A stretch of DNA of 63,961 nucleotides, counting the filler, from Licmophora abbreviata (lineage: Eukaryota): assembly GCA_900291995.1 (NCBI GenBank). It is 9 parts of 9 records of this genome, joined end to end, with 100 filler letters (N's around TTAATTAATTAA, not from the genome) between each part and the next. Parts side by side here need not be neighbours in the genome. Positions count along the whole stretch, not along the records: positions 1 to 11,672 come from OLMU01000771.1; 8 more parts are not named here. One strand, written 5' to 3'. The position numbers were made by a program, and so were the translations under genes. A model generated the notes under the pieces. That model was not told the origin of the DNA and searched no databases. It saw only the letters and a program-made list of their open reading frames with translations. Positions 1 through 9,905 of the stretch are shown here, piece after piece (position 1 is the stretch's first letter; each line of letters opens with the position of its first letter).

Positions 1-3000
1 GCTTTGCATCCACGGAATGACGTCCCCATTGACGGCGATAAGAATGTCTCCTTCGCTCGGTCTTGCCAATTGCGGGTTTGCGCTGGTGACGACGACTCGG
101 CCATGAATGGGTGTGATGGTCATTCCATACTTTGTTCCTGCAAACAGCATCTTGTAATATCGCAGTTGGGATAAGTCCACTTTCGGCTCTGACGGTGACG
201 CAGGTGCAGCTGGAGCGGGTACAGCAGCAGTTGACTGGCCGATGGGACCCGCTGGTTGCTCTGCAGCTTGGCCAGTGGACTCCTCTTCCTCGTCCAGCAG
301 ACATATTGCTTCATTTTCGGTAGTGCCTTCAATGGTCTGTGGCAGTTCGTCGTCAGCGATGGCTGTCACTGCTGATTTCGATGCCGCAGGCTTCTTTCCG
401 CCATCTTCGACGTCCTCGTCTTCTACCTCAAACGCCTTTACCATTGCCTGCTCCGAAAGCCCCAGCTCTTCGATGTCGTGTGCGATTTCGAGGTCGAAAT
501 CCAGCGGGGAAGTGGTGCCTGCTTGCTGCTCCGCGTCGCCCAGATTATCGTCCTCCTCTTCTGTTTCTATCACCGTCGGATTCAAAGTCGATTGGATTTC
601 CTTTACCGAGGTGAATGCATTATTCACAACCAATTTCAGCTTTTCCTTGCCTTCTACAAACTCTCCAAGATCTTGAAACTTGCGTTCGATGAGCCTCCAC
701 AGAAGTTCGTCGAGTGTTCCTTTCGCAACAAAGTAAAGGCAGCGGACTTGAGCATTTTGGCCAATTCGATGACAACGATCCTCGGCCTGAATCATGAGAG
801 CCGGCGTCCAGAACAGCTCCGCAAACCAAACGGTAGAGGAAGCAGTCAGCGTGACGGCGACTCCCGCAGCCGTTATGCCAAGCAGTGCAATACGCACAGA
901 CGGGTCACTCTGAAAGGCGTTGATATTATCCTGCCGAGCTCGCGGTGTCGTTGAGCCATCGATCCGAATGTACTTTCTTGTGCTATCTGGCGCGAAGGAC
1001 AGTCCCGCATCCTTTGCAACGGCGTCGAGCACAGCGATGTGGTGGGCGAAAATGCAGAGCTTTCCCTTTGCGGGGTCGTCTAGCCAACGCTGGAGCATGT
1101 TGACTAGCAGCGGTATCTTCGCTTCGCCCGTCAAGCAGTACATCCGATTCAATGTCGCTTTTCTAGAAGCTGAATCTGACGGAGGGGGGTTGACAGAAGG
1201 GACCGCACCGCCCTCTCCAGCCATCGTTGATAACGACTGATGGATTTGATGAAGGCGTTCCTGCTGATACACGTGAAGTTCCTGGTCAAGACGATACAGC
1301 ATGTCGTTCATCACCGTATTGACACCGCCGGGTGAGAGCTGATGCTGTGTGGTCATTATGGTGTGATGGATCGATGCCTTCCCTTGTTCGTATCGCTGGT
1401 TGACTTCATTCTGCAGCAGCTGACGGGCCGCATCTAGCTGTTGCTGGGCCTCCGATGGAGAGTTGTCATTTTCCATGGCTGAGCCTCCCAAAGAGTCGTG
1501 AACGGGCGACGTTGAAGACCGTGCGACGGAGTTAGATTCTTCGACTGAGGAGTACTCGCGAGCGTACACGCCCAGTTTGCCCTTGCCCTTGCGAAGAGCC
1601 ACCATAAGTTCTTGCATTTCTCGCCGGACATCCGGTTCCATGACGTCAACCGTGGCCGTCTCGCGAATTTTGGGCAGCAACGTTTTAAGAATGTCACACT
1701 TCATTCGTCTGATCATGACTGTTCCGGTGAGGAGAGTGTGTAACTCCGCCCGCCTGTGCGTGCTGACATTCCGAACGTATTTGTTGACGAATTTTTGCTC
1801 GTCCTGCCACCATCCGTGTTGAGACGTTCCCAGGATCGCAAGTTGCGGCCACAGTTCCATAGGCCTCGAAAGAGCAGGAGTTCCCGACAGCAGAATGCAC
1901 CTATTGGTGTCTTGAAGCACCGGGAGAAGAGCTTTTGTTCGCTGGGTCGACTTGTTCTTCAACATGTGCGACTCGTCCACGATCGCACAGCGAAACATTC
2001 CGCGTGATACCATTCCTTTCCTGATCAGATTAGGAGCAAGCCCATAGGAGCAGATGACGACTCGTGTTTCGCTACTGGGTAGTAGTTTGTCGTTTCCGGA
2101 GCCGAGGACGTTGATTTGGATGGGCTTGAGGAACTGCATCGGTGGCTTCGCGGCAAGGCGTCTTTCGTCCGAGGCATCTTTCTTTTCTTCGCCACTTTCG
2201 GATTCCCCTTTCTGATCATCAATTTCTGTATCGAACACATCCGGCATGGTTTCGACGGAGTGGTCTCCTCCCAGCCAATGCTGGAACTCGCTCTCCCAGT
2301 GGTAACGGGCACTGCTCGGACACAGTACGAGAAGCGGCCATTCGTTGTGGTAGACTGACATACTCGCGATTGCCTGCACAGTCTTTCCAAGGCCCATCTC
2401 GTCGGCGATTAAAGCCCGCCCGGCCTTGTCCAAGACAAAGTCAACCCCACCGCGCTGAAAAGGGGCCAATGCCTTTGCAAGTCTCGTGGGAACTCCCTCC
2501 GCAACGAGCTTCTCAGCCGACGGGTACTCCTTATCTAGCCGAGCTCGTCCAAGGGAGGCTATTTTGAGCTGCGTTTCCGGAATTCCTTCCACCATGGTGG
2601 TAGGTAGCGATTTGAGATATGCGTAAAAGGCCTGATAGGCACCAAGCGGAATATGCCATTTTCCCTGCTCGTGTTCGTCTTCCTCGTCCCGCTTGAAGAA
2701 AGCCTTGCCGCCGTGTTCTCGAGAAATGGCCTTGATGCTCGATCGAAGACCTTTGAGAGACGACGCAGAAGAAAAAGCGTTTGCCTGCGCTCCCGTTATG
2801 GTAAACTCGGATACATTCAACAACGAAAGACGATATGCTTTCCATTTCTGCTGAACATGGCCACTGTTGTTTGATACAGACGGTGCTACAGGCAACATTT
2901 GTTTCCAAGTCGGCGTGAACCCAGGTACTGGGTTCAAATATACAGGTTCCCGATAAGGATCGAGTTGTACCATAGGAGGAGGTATGGGCGGAGGAGGGAT

Positions 3001-3495
3001 GCTCGCGGGGTTTCTCTCACCGCCAGCATGCACCATCCACTTGGGCATGTGCCTCGCGCGCGCCTGAAATGAGGCTTCAGCAGGAGCTTGAGGCGGCTCG
3101 AGCGTCCTTTGACGTTTTGCTTCCGGCTGAGACTTGTCAACGATGGTTTCAGAATCTTCGCTATCGTCATCGTCGAGTAATTCAATGACTTCGGCTGGCG
3201 CCACTGCAACTTTGGGTTTCCCGCTATCTGTCTCGACCTGAGGCGCGTTTTCCTCCTGGACTTCGATTTCGGTTTTTGCTTCGGTGTCATTCAATGTTTC
3301 GGCGCTCGTCTCAGACATCGGCTGGGCACTTTGAGAGAGAACATGACTGGCGGTCGATACCTCCTCCCCGTCGAGGGGCGATGTAACGTTGTCCACAGTA
3401 TCATCAGCTGACGACGATTGCGGCACTGGCAAGGGATTCGCTGTATGTTCACGTTCCATCCTGTCGGTAGCTTCACTCCCCATCACATCGCTCAT
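1..3495 (-). CDS. SMARCAL1: SNF2-family annealing helicase, SMARCAL1/HARP-ZRANB3 type; 3'-partial (runs off window)
   Basis: Manual translation of the minus strand from ATG 3495 is open to base 1 (1165 codons; not in the ORF track). Motifs: LAPFQRGGVDF..GRALIADEMGLGKTVQAI (I), WPLLVLCPSS (Ia), IVDESH (II), LLSGTPALSRPMEL (III), KLCIFAHH (IV), YIRIDGST, ITAAGVAVTLT (V), QAEDRCHRIGQ (VI). A HARP-like KWHIPLGAYQAFYAYL segment precedes the ATPase. Confidence 0.92.
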   Translation of the reverse strand, partial: MSDVMGSEATDRMEREHTANPLPVPQSSSADDTVDNVTSPLDGEEVSTASHVLSQSAQPMSETSAETLNDTEAKTEIEVQEENAPQVETDSGKPKVAVAPAEVIELLDDDDSEDSETIVDKSQPEAKRQRTLEPPQAPAEASFQARARHMPKWMVHAGGERNPASIPPPPIPPPMVQLDPYREPVYLNPVPGFTPTWKQMLPVAPSVSNNSGHVQQKWKAYRLSLLNVSEFTITGAQANAFSSASSLKGLRSSIKAISREHGGKAFFKRDEEDEHEQGKWHIPLGAYQAFYAYLKSLPTTMVEGIPETQLKIASLGRARLDKEYPSAEKLVAEGVPTRLAKALAPFQRGGVDFVLDKAGRALIADEMGLGKTVQAIASMSVYHNEWPLLVLCPSSARYHWESEFQHWLGGDHSVETMPDVFDTEIDDQKGESESGEEKKDASDERRLAAKPPMQFLKPIQINVLGSGNDKLLPSSETRVVICSYGLAPNLIRKGMVSRGMFRCAIVDESHMLKNKSTQRTKALLPVLQDTNRCILLSGTPALSRPMELWPQLAILGTSQHGWWQDEQKFVNKYVRNVSTHRRAELHTLLTGTVMIRRMKCDILKTLLPKIRETATVDVMEPDVRREMQELMVALRKGKGKLGVYAREYSSVEESNSVARSSTSPVHDSLGGSAMENDNSPSEAQQQLDAARQLLQNEVNQRYEQGKASIHHTIMTTQHQLSPGGVNTVMNDMLYRLDQELHVYQQERLHQIHQSLSTMAGEGGAVPSVNPPPSDSASRKATLNRMYCLTGEAKIPLLVNMLQRWLDDPAKGKLCIFAHHIAVLDAVAKDAGLSFAPDSTRKYIRIDGSTTPRARQDNINAFQSDPSVRIALLGITAAGVAVTLTASSTVWFAELFWTPALMIQAEDRCHRIGQNAQVRCLYFVAKGTLDELLWRLIERKFQDLGEFVEGKEKLKLVVNNAFTSVKEIQSTLNPTVIETEEEDDNLGDAEQQAGTTSPLDFDLEIAHDIEELGLSEQAMVKAFEVEDEDVEDGGKKPAASKSAVTAIADDELPQTIEGTTENEAICLLDEEEESTGQAAEQPAGPIGQSTAAVPAPAAPASPSEPKVDLSQLRYYKMLFAGTKYGMTITPIHGRVVVTSANPQLARPSEGDILIAVNGDVIPWMQS

Positions 3496-3605
3496 GATCA
3501 GAACCTAGTGCACACCCAGTTGAACTGCTGAACAAGATAACTGTTCAATACCGCCGCACTCAAGACTCCCTTTGGGGATTATTCGCTTTTGGTTGACAGT
3601 CGACG

Positions 3606-3643
3606 CAACAACAACAACAACAACAACAATGCAATGCAATGCA
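3606..3643 (+). repeat. (CAA)8 microsatellite followed by short (TGCAA) repeats, upstream of the SMARCAL1-like gene
   Basis: caacaacaacaacaacaacaacaa tgcaatgcaatgca read directly. Confidence 0.9.
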
Positions 3644-4075
3644 CAGGCATCACGACAAGAAACTCTCACAGCGCGCGTTCTCATCGCGCACCGCGCCTCT
3701 TCATTCTGCTCCTGTGCCCCACATCGTCGTTCACATCAGATCAGACCAACAACGCTGGTGAAGGCTTTGGCGACGCTTTGGAAGGAGCGCGTCATCGACA
3801 TGCATACGCGGTGTAAGCAGGCATACATGTGGTTCAATTCACAAACCAGCTAGTCCACAATTTTTCTAGCTAAGGTGTCAGCAATTCGTGTCTAGTAGGT
3901 CTGTGCTATCCAGACAGTGCGTGAACGACGCTTCTATCTTGTGGTTGTTCATGCACTGTACCCTAGCGATCAGAAGCACATAGCACTTTGTTAGATTCTG
4001 AGAGTCCGAATCCACAGTCGAAAAAGAACATATCAGATTTCGGACAAGCCCAACGTGTGAAACTCTCCTGTGGAG

Positions 4076-4671
4076 TTATGACTCCTCCTTTTTTATTGCG
4101 CCAACAGACGTAGCTGTCTCCGCCTTCTTTTTGGGACGTTTCGTATCCTCAGCTTCTTCGACGTCGGACCGCGTTCGCTTTGTCCCCTTCGATTGGTCGA
4201 CCTCTTCTGCGGCGGCAGCATCGCGTTTCTGCATACCGGATTGAACTGCATGACCCAGCATTCGTAGTGAAAGCTTTCGTCTCTGCAGTCCTGCCAGTTG
4301 TCCTAATGCTTCCTTTAGCAATCCCCTTGAAAAGCAGTCAGGGTTCAAGCCGTTTCCGTGATCCAAAAATTCCAGCAAATCGAGTGGAACTTGACATTCC
4401 TGCATTGTCTTGTACAGCGCTTCGTCTGTCTGAAGAACGTTTTCCACCCGCCCTATCGATTCAATGATATCTTGTATCCGACCCATGAGTTTTGTTGTCG
4501 TTTCCATGTGCACGGAAGCATCGTCGCCCTCGCTCTCGGGCCAATTCTTGATTAGCGCGAGCGTGTAATAGAGACGTGTCAAGAGTTCGTGCAGTCTTCC
4601 TGTACTTCTCTCGGATTGATTTTTGGAGCAGCAGCGACTTCACCCGTAAAAGGCCCATCTGGAACAACCAT
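4076..4671 (-). CDS. MED10: Mediator subunit 10 (Nut2), with an apparent 1-nt deletion in an A5 run near 4620
   Basis: VPLDLLEFLDHGNGLNPDCFSRGLLKEAL matches the Med10 core (VPLEV..YID.G.NP..Y). The ORF-track frame has only a TTG start. ATG 4671 (MVVPDGPFTGEVAAAPK) joins it if one A is added. Confidence 0.8.
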
Positions 4672-5087
4672 TGTTATTTCGCAGAGTGACTAAGAAAAAA
4701 TACCTCGGCGAAACGTTCCACAGAACACATTGAACGTATTTGATGAGCACGGCTGCTCCATGGTGCCATATGCTGCTGGTTCAAAGGTGACGATCGCAAT
4801 GATCGTTTGGTGGAGATTTTTCGAGGACGCACATCGCGCGCCCATGTTAGGGAAATGGACGGAAGGACGGACAACAACGATAAAGAATGTCCTACTATGT
4901 CTGATCCAATGGTGTAAAACGTGCTCGAAGATGCACATCGCTGATACTCGGTGCAACGGCATTTTCCGCTCACTTTTTCCACCGTTGGTCCCACACACTT
5001 CGAAAAGGCACCACCCGGCACACTCCATTGTTCGTAATACCATTTCGACAATCCTGGAGCAAGACAGTGAAGTCAGTGCTACAAACA

Positions 5088-8000
5088 ATGACATCCATTA
5101 GAAGCATTTCGACCATTGCGCTATGCGCCGTTTTGATTGCGACATGTAATGTCCATGTATCAGCTGACGGCGTATCGGACGAGAAGCGACGGAATCTTCG
5201 CGCAGCTCCTTCCTCGACTTTTGTGGGTGAGAAGAAGTCAGTGCACAGGGAAGATGATTCATTTTGGAGACGTATCCTTGCAGGGAGTACATCTGTTCCT
5301 ACGGCGGCTCCTTTGACGCCTACCCCACGACCAACGACGTCTACTCCACAACCAACAACGCCTCTACCTAGCAGCCCGGAACCAACGCCAGTGCCTACTA
5401 CGGATCCAACCGCCTCGCCTCCAACTCTTGAACCTACATTCGAACCAACTTCTTTCCCCCCAACGCCGTTGCCTACTTCGGAGCCAGCAACCTCGTCCCC
5501 AACTCAAGGATCCACGTTCGAACCAACTTCTCTTCCCCCAACGCCAGGTCCTACTTCGGAGCCAATAACCTCGCCCCCAACTCTAGATCCCACGTTCGAG
5601 CCTACTTCTCTTCCCCCGACGCCAGGTCCTACTTCGGAGCCAATGACCTCGCCCCCAACTCTAGATCCTACGTTCGATCCTACGTCTCTTCCTCCAACGC
5701 CAGTGCCGACACCAATGCCAGCGACACCTGCCAACTCTGATGCCTACAACAGTTCTGACTCAAGTACCAACTTTTGAGCGGACATCTATGCCAACGACAT
5801 CACCGACGCCCATTCCTATCACTCTTACCCCAACCACCATGCCTTCTACAGAGGGTCCTACGTCACTGACTATAGCACCGTCAGCGGCACCTAGTTTGGA
5901 ACCAACTCCGCAGCCATCAGCTCTCCCGACACCCGTGCCGCCGACGCCCCCACCAACACCGACATGCATCTTCGAATCATTAAGCGTCACCTGCTCCAGT
6001 CCAGACGGTGACTGTTCAGAGCTTCAGCCGCCTACTGAACAGTGCCGACCAGAGTCGACATTCATGAAGTTTCAGTTTAACGGTGGCGATTGCTCTCAGA
6101 GCAATAACACTCAACCCGGAAACGCGTTCCAGTGCTTTGAGTTTGATCCTCCTATCGAAGAGGGCGAAGATGCGTTCGTCACCATGACAGGGAGTCGAGG
6201 GCAGGTTTACTTTGAAGGCGTTGTGCAAGTTGGAGATTTTGTCGACCTCGAGAACGGCGGTGATGCAATTGGAACTTTCACGCTGTTCATTAGAACATAC
6301 AGAGGTACGGAAGCGATTGAGTTTGAAAACAATGTCCAGACTGTCATCATGAGCCCTGCTTGTGTGTCCGCTCGAGGAGATGTCTTCTTGGAAGATAAGT
6401 TTGGAAGCTTTGAAGTTGTGGAATTCGCCTCAACCTTCCAACCTGGGGTCACAAGTGTCTTTGCTCCTGCTTCACTGAATCACTTGATTACGGCTAGTCC
6501 TTCTTCGACAAATGTCGAGTTACTGAGTTTGACAACGCTGGTTCCAACAGCGGCGGGCGAGGAGAGCCCTTCCTTTGACGTGAATGTCACTGGCTTGGAA
6601 TTGACTTCCGGTGAAATGACCAATGTACCCTTTGACCTGACCCTCGATACAAGATTTTCGAGTGAGTTCTCTATTACGAGCAAAGTAGAAGGACAGACCC
6701 CTGGTGGCTCAACAACTTGCTCTGCAATGTTTGACGATGGGAGTGCTCCTCCAACCCAGGAGCCATCTACAGCGTTTCCCACACTCGAGGGTACTGTGGA
6801 ACCAACACTTTCTCCAACTACGACTCCTACGGTGACCGGCTTCACATTCCCGCCCACGATAGATCCAACGCCCACGACTCCACCCGGGCCGGTACAGTGT
6901 GCCTTCGAGTCCTTGAGGGTCACGTGTTCAAGTGAAGATGGCAATTGCGCTCAGCTTCAACCTTCGACTGAACGCTGCCAGGAAGAGGCTGTTTCCCTGA
7001 TTTTTCAGTTCCTTGGAGGTGATTGTTCTCAAAGTGACAACTTGCAGCCCATGAGCTCCTTTCAATGTGTTGATTTTGGACCTGCTATCGCAGAGGACGA
7101 GACCGCTTTTGTTACAATAAGCGGCGCTCAGAACCAAATGTTCTTCCAAGATACCGTGCGGGTGGGAGACTCCATTTCGGTCACGAATGACGATGCACCC
7201 TTAGGAACGAGAACGATCTTCATGAGAACCTTTCGGGGCATCGAAGCTGATCCAAACCAGTTTGTGCAGAGTATATTGATGGATCCATCTTGCACGGAAG
7301 ATATCTTTCTCGAGGATGTGTTCGGAAGCTTCGAGGTTGAAGGATTCGGTTCGACATCCGAGCAAGGGTTCGTTAGCGTTTTTTCCCAGGCCACACTCGA
7401 TCATGTGATTATCTCCTCTCCAACGTCAACAGCAATCGAGCTGGTCAATCTCACCACCGTATTGCCCACGGCAATAGATGATGGTCCAGTTTTCGAAGTA
7501 GCGGTGACCGAAGTAGTGATATCCCCTGGTGAAATGGTTTCCGTGCCGTTGGCTGTCACGCTCGATACTCGACTTTCCGGTGGGTTCTCCATCAACAGTA
7601 CGGTATTTGGGGAAAGCCTTGACGGCCGGAGTGGTTGTGCGGCAGGTTTTGGTTTTACGAATACCAGATCAGCCGTGATTCCACCGCAATGTGCTTTCCC
7701 CAGACGAAATGGACTGACCGTCAACTGCCTGGCTGGAAGCACCAACATTCCGTGCCATCTAGCTGTACCTTCAAGCGAGAAGTGTGCATCGGGCCTGGAT
7801 AAAATCCTCTTCGAACTAACTGGCGGAACTTGCGCTCAGAGCTCTAACCTTCAGGAAAGACGTTCGTTCCTATGCGATGACTTAGGTCCGCCCCATCTGG
7901 AGGCCGGTGAAACAGCTTTCGTCGAAGTTACGGACAATATGGGAAACACTGTATACAACGATACAGTCCAAGTGGGAGGTATGTTTACGTTTTCCGCTGA

Positions 8001-8472
8001 TAGTGGCAGAACATTGAATTCGCGCCTTACTGTGAGCACCTATCGGGGGGAGTCGCCCGTTCTGTCGCAGCAAGTTCAACGGGCGCAGTTTGATTCGTCG
8101 TGTGATGGAAGTCCATTGATGCTTCAAGACAGATACGGAGTCGTTGAGGTACTGGCCTTCACCACCCCTGATCAAGCAACGCTTAGTGTATTTGAGCTGG
8201 CACGGCTCGACCATACTATCACAGCTGCCGAAGAGTCAAGCACGGTCGAGCTATTGAGCCTTACAACTGTAGTGCCTACTTCGATGAATGGACCGTCGTT
8301 CAACCTCAAAGTGGCCGGTGACAAAGTATTGCCAGGGTCAACCTTCAGTACAGACCTTGTTGTCAGTCTTGACATGAGACTGACTGAGAGCTTCTCCATC
8401 GACAGTGAAGTGGTTGGATCGTCTGGAGATCAAAATTGCTCTGCCTTTTATACCGAATCCCAGGATCCATGA
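5088..8472 (+). CDS. Large secreted/cell-surface protein: signal peptide, RxL propeptide, Pro/Thr-rich stalk, three 8-Cys domains; frameshift near 5730
   Basis: Signal MTSIRSISTIALCAVLIATCNVHVSA, then RRNLR and WRRIL, then PTxxPT repeats. ORFs 5028-5777 and 5740-8472 overlap with the same composition. Three homologous ~260-aa domains start at 5965, 6898 and 7690 (GGDCSQSxNxQ..F.C motif). Confidence 0.82.
5421..5730 (+). repeat. Coding minisatellite, 4 x 78 bp (26 aa, PTLDPTFEPTSLPPTPGPTSEPxTSP)
   Basis: Units begin with CCAACT at 5421, 5499, 5577 and 5655. The next begins at 5731, 2 nt early. Confidence 0.9.
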
Positions 8473-8855
8473 TCCAAGACGGTCTCGTGAGTGTATTTTT
8501 CTTGCTCATTGTGTCCATGGCAACCAGCTGAAGCTGCATGGATAAGTCCTACATATAATTTATTTGTAATGTACCTTCTTGCTGTATATTATAACTTTGG
8601 CTATTGTCATATGTGCTTGAGATAGAAACGATATACAGAGATTGTAGAATCTCAGTCCCTCGGAACACGTTGGGAAAGTGCACAAAGCAGCTGCCGGTAC
8701 AACCATGAAACTTATGCTCTCTCCATCTAGGTCTACCCTTTTACACTAACGGGAGATCACTCACATCACTGCATTCAGAGCCGCGTAGTCAACAGATTGC
8801 AATGTCGCATAAATCTAGAATATGTTTAAGTCTCTAGTACACACTCAGACCAAGT

Positions 8856-9503
8856 TCAAGGCTGCGATAGCATAGGCGAAACAGCCAATAATACAAGAAT
8901 GGCCGCAAGACCAGCCGTCTTTCGGTTCTTTCCGATGCCAAACGAGTGCATAAAATCCGCCATGACACCACTGCTTACGCTTTCAAGCTCAACCTCGAAT
9001 TCCAAATCTGCGTTGGGAGGAACAGTCCCTGACTTGCTACCTTTTTCTCCATATGCAAAGGCCGGCGGGACTCGAATGATTCGCTTGCCACCCTCCTTGA
9101 GACCCTCCATACCTTCTTCGAAACCTGGCATGCAATCTTTGAAACCCTTCTTGTAGGAAATGATGCCCTCATCAAAAATTTGATCCGACGCCATGAGCTT
9201 TCCCTTGTACGTAGCCTTGACAATGTTTCCATACTCCGGTACCGCGCCACTACCTACCACCAGATCCTTGGTCGCCACCTTTTGCGCATTGCCACTGATG
9301 TATCCGTCAAAATCATCAATATCAGTACTGCTCAATCTAGTATTAGAAGTAGTCGAGCTGCTGAATATCTTCTCGGATTCGAACATGCGGCGGAAGGTCG
9401 TCGGTGCCGACTGAGCTGGAACTCCAGCACGATTTCGCACGACGAAAGCCTGCACTGTGGCAGCACAAAGTACAGACATTACGAGCAGAGAGCGAATGGT
9501 CAT
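8856..9503 (-). CDS. FKBP-type peptidyl-prolyl isomerase, plastid-targeted, C-terminal hydrophobic anchor
   Basis: YKGKL..FD, PGFEEGMEGLKEGGKR.IRVPPAFAYG, VPPNADLEFEVEL. Bipartite presequence MTIRSLLVMSVLCAATVQA-FVV (ASAFAP-like). Confidence 0.92.
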   Translation of the reverse strand: MTIRSLLVMSVLCAATVQAFVVRNRAGVPAQSAPTTFRRMFESEKIFSSSTTSNTRLSSTDIDDFDGYISGNAQKVATKDLVVGSGAVPEYGNIVKATYKGKLMASDQIFDEGIISYKKGFKDCMPGFEEGMEGLKEGGKRIIRVPPAFAYGEKGSKSGTVPPNADLEFEVELESVSSGVMADFMHSFGIGKNRKTAGLAAILVLLAVSPMLSQP

Positions 9504-9905
9504 GGTTGTCGTCGTAGCGGGAAGAATATAAAGTGAGCGAACAAACAATCGGCGGTGCGGTGTCATAATGGAGCAAGTTGAAGTCGGCGCGCGTATCTTT
9601 TCGGTCCAACGGCGCCGGTTGAACTCGACTGACTTGACTCACTCGACTGGATTGAATGACTCGATTGAGTCGAGTCAAGTCGAATGAATCTGCCGGTGAA
9701 TCTTGGATGTATGGCTGAGGATTCTTTCTGCACAGCATGTACTCGTTTCTACATACAGGAGATCACGTACATACCAACGGGAGAGTTTCAAGGACATCGC
9801 ATCGCCGTCATAACGCGCCACAATTTTCGATTTTCGATTCATACACTTTGATGGCACCGGCGCGTCGTGAAGAAGACTTTTTTGCTTTTGTTGATCAACG
9901 AGACA

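Noticed and set aside
242..2874. Numerous short plus-strand ORFs in the track
   Set aside because: Antisense shadows of the SMARCAL1-like CDS.
5421..5730. Regularly spaced repeats as a CRISPR array
   Set aside because: The units are contiguous in-frame coding repeats without unique spacers, there are no cas genes, and the context is eukaryotic.
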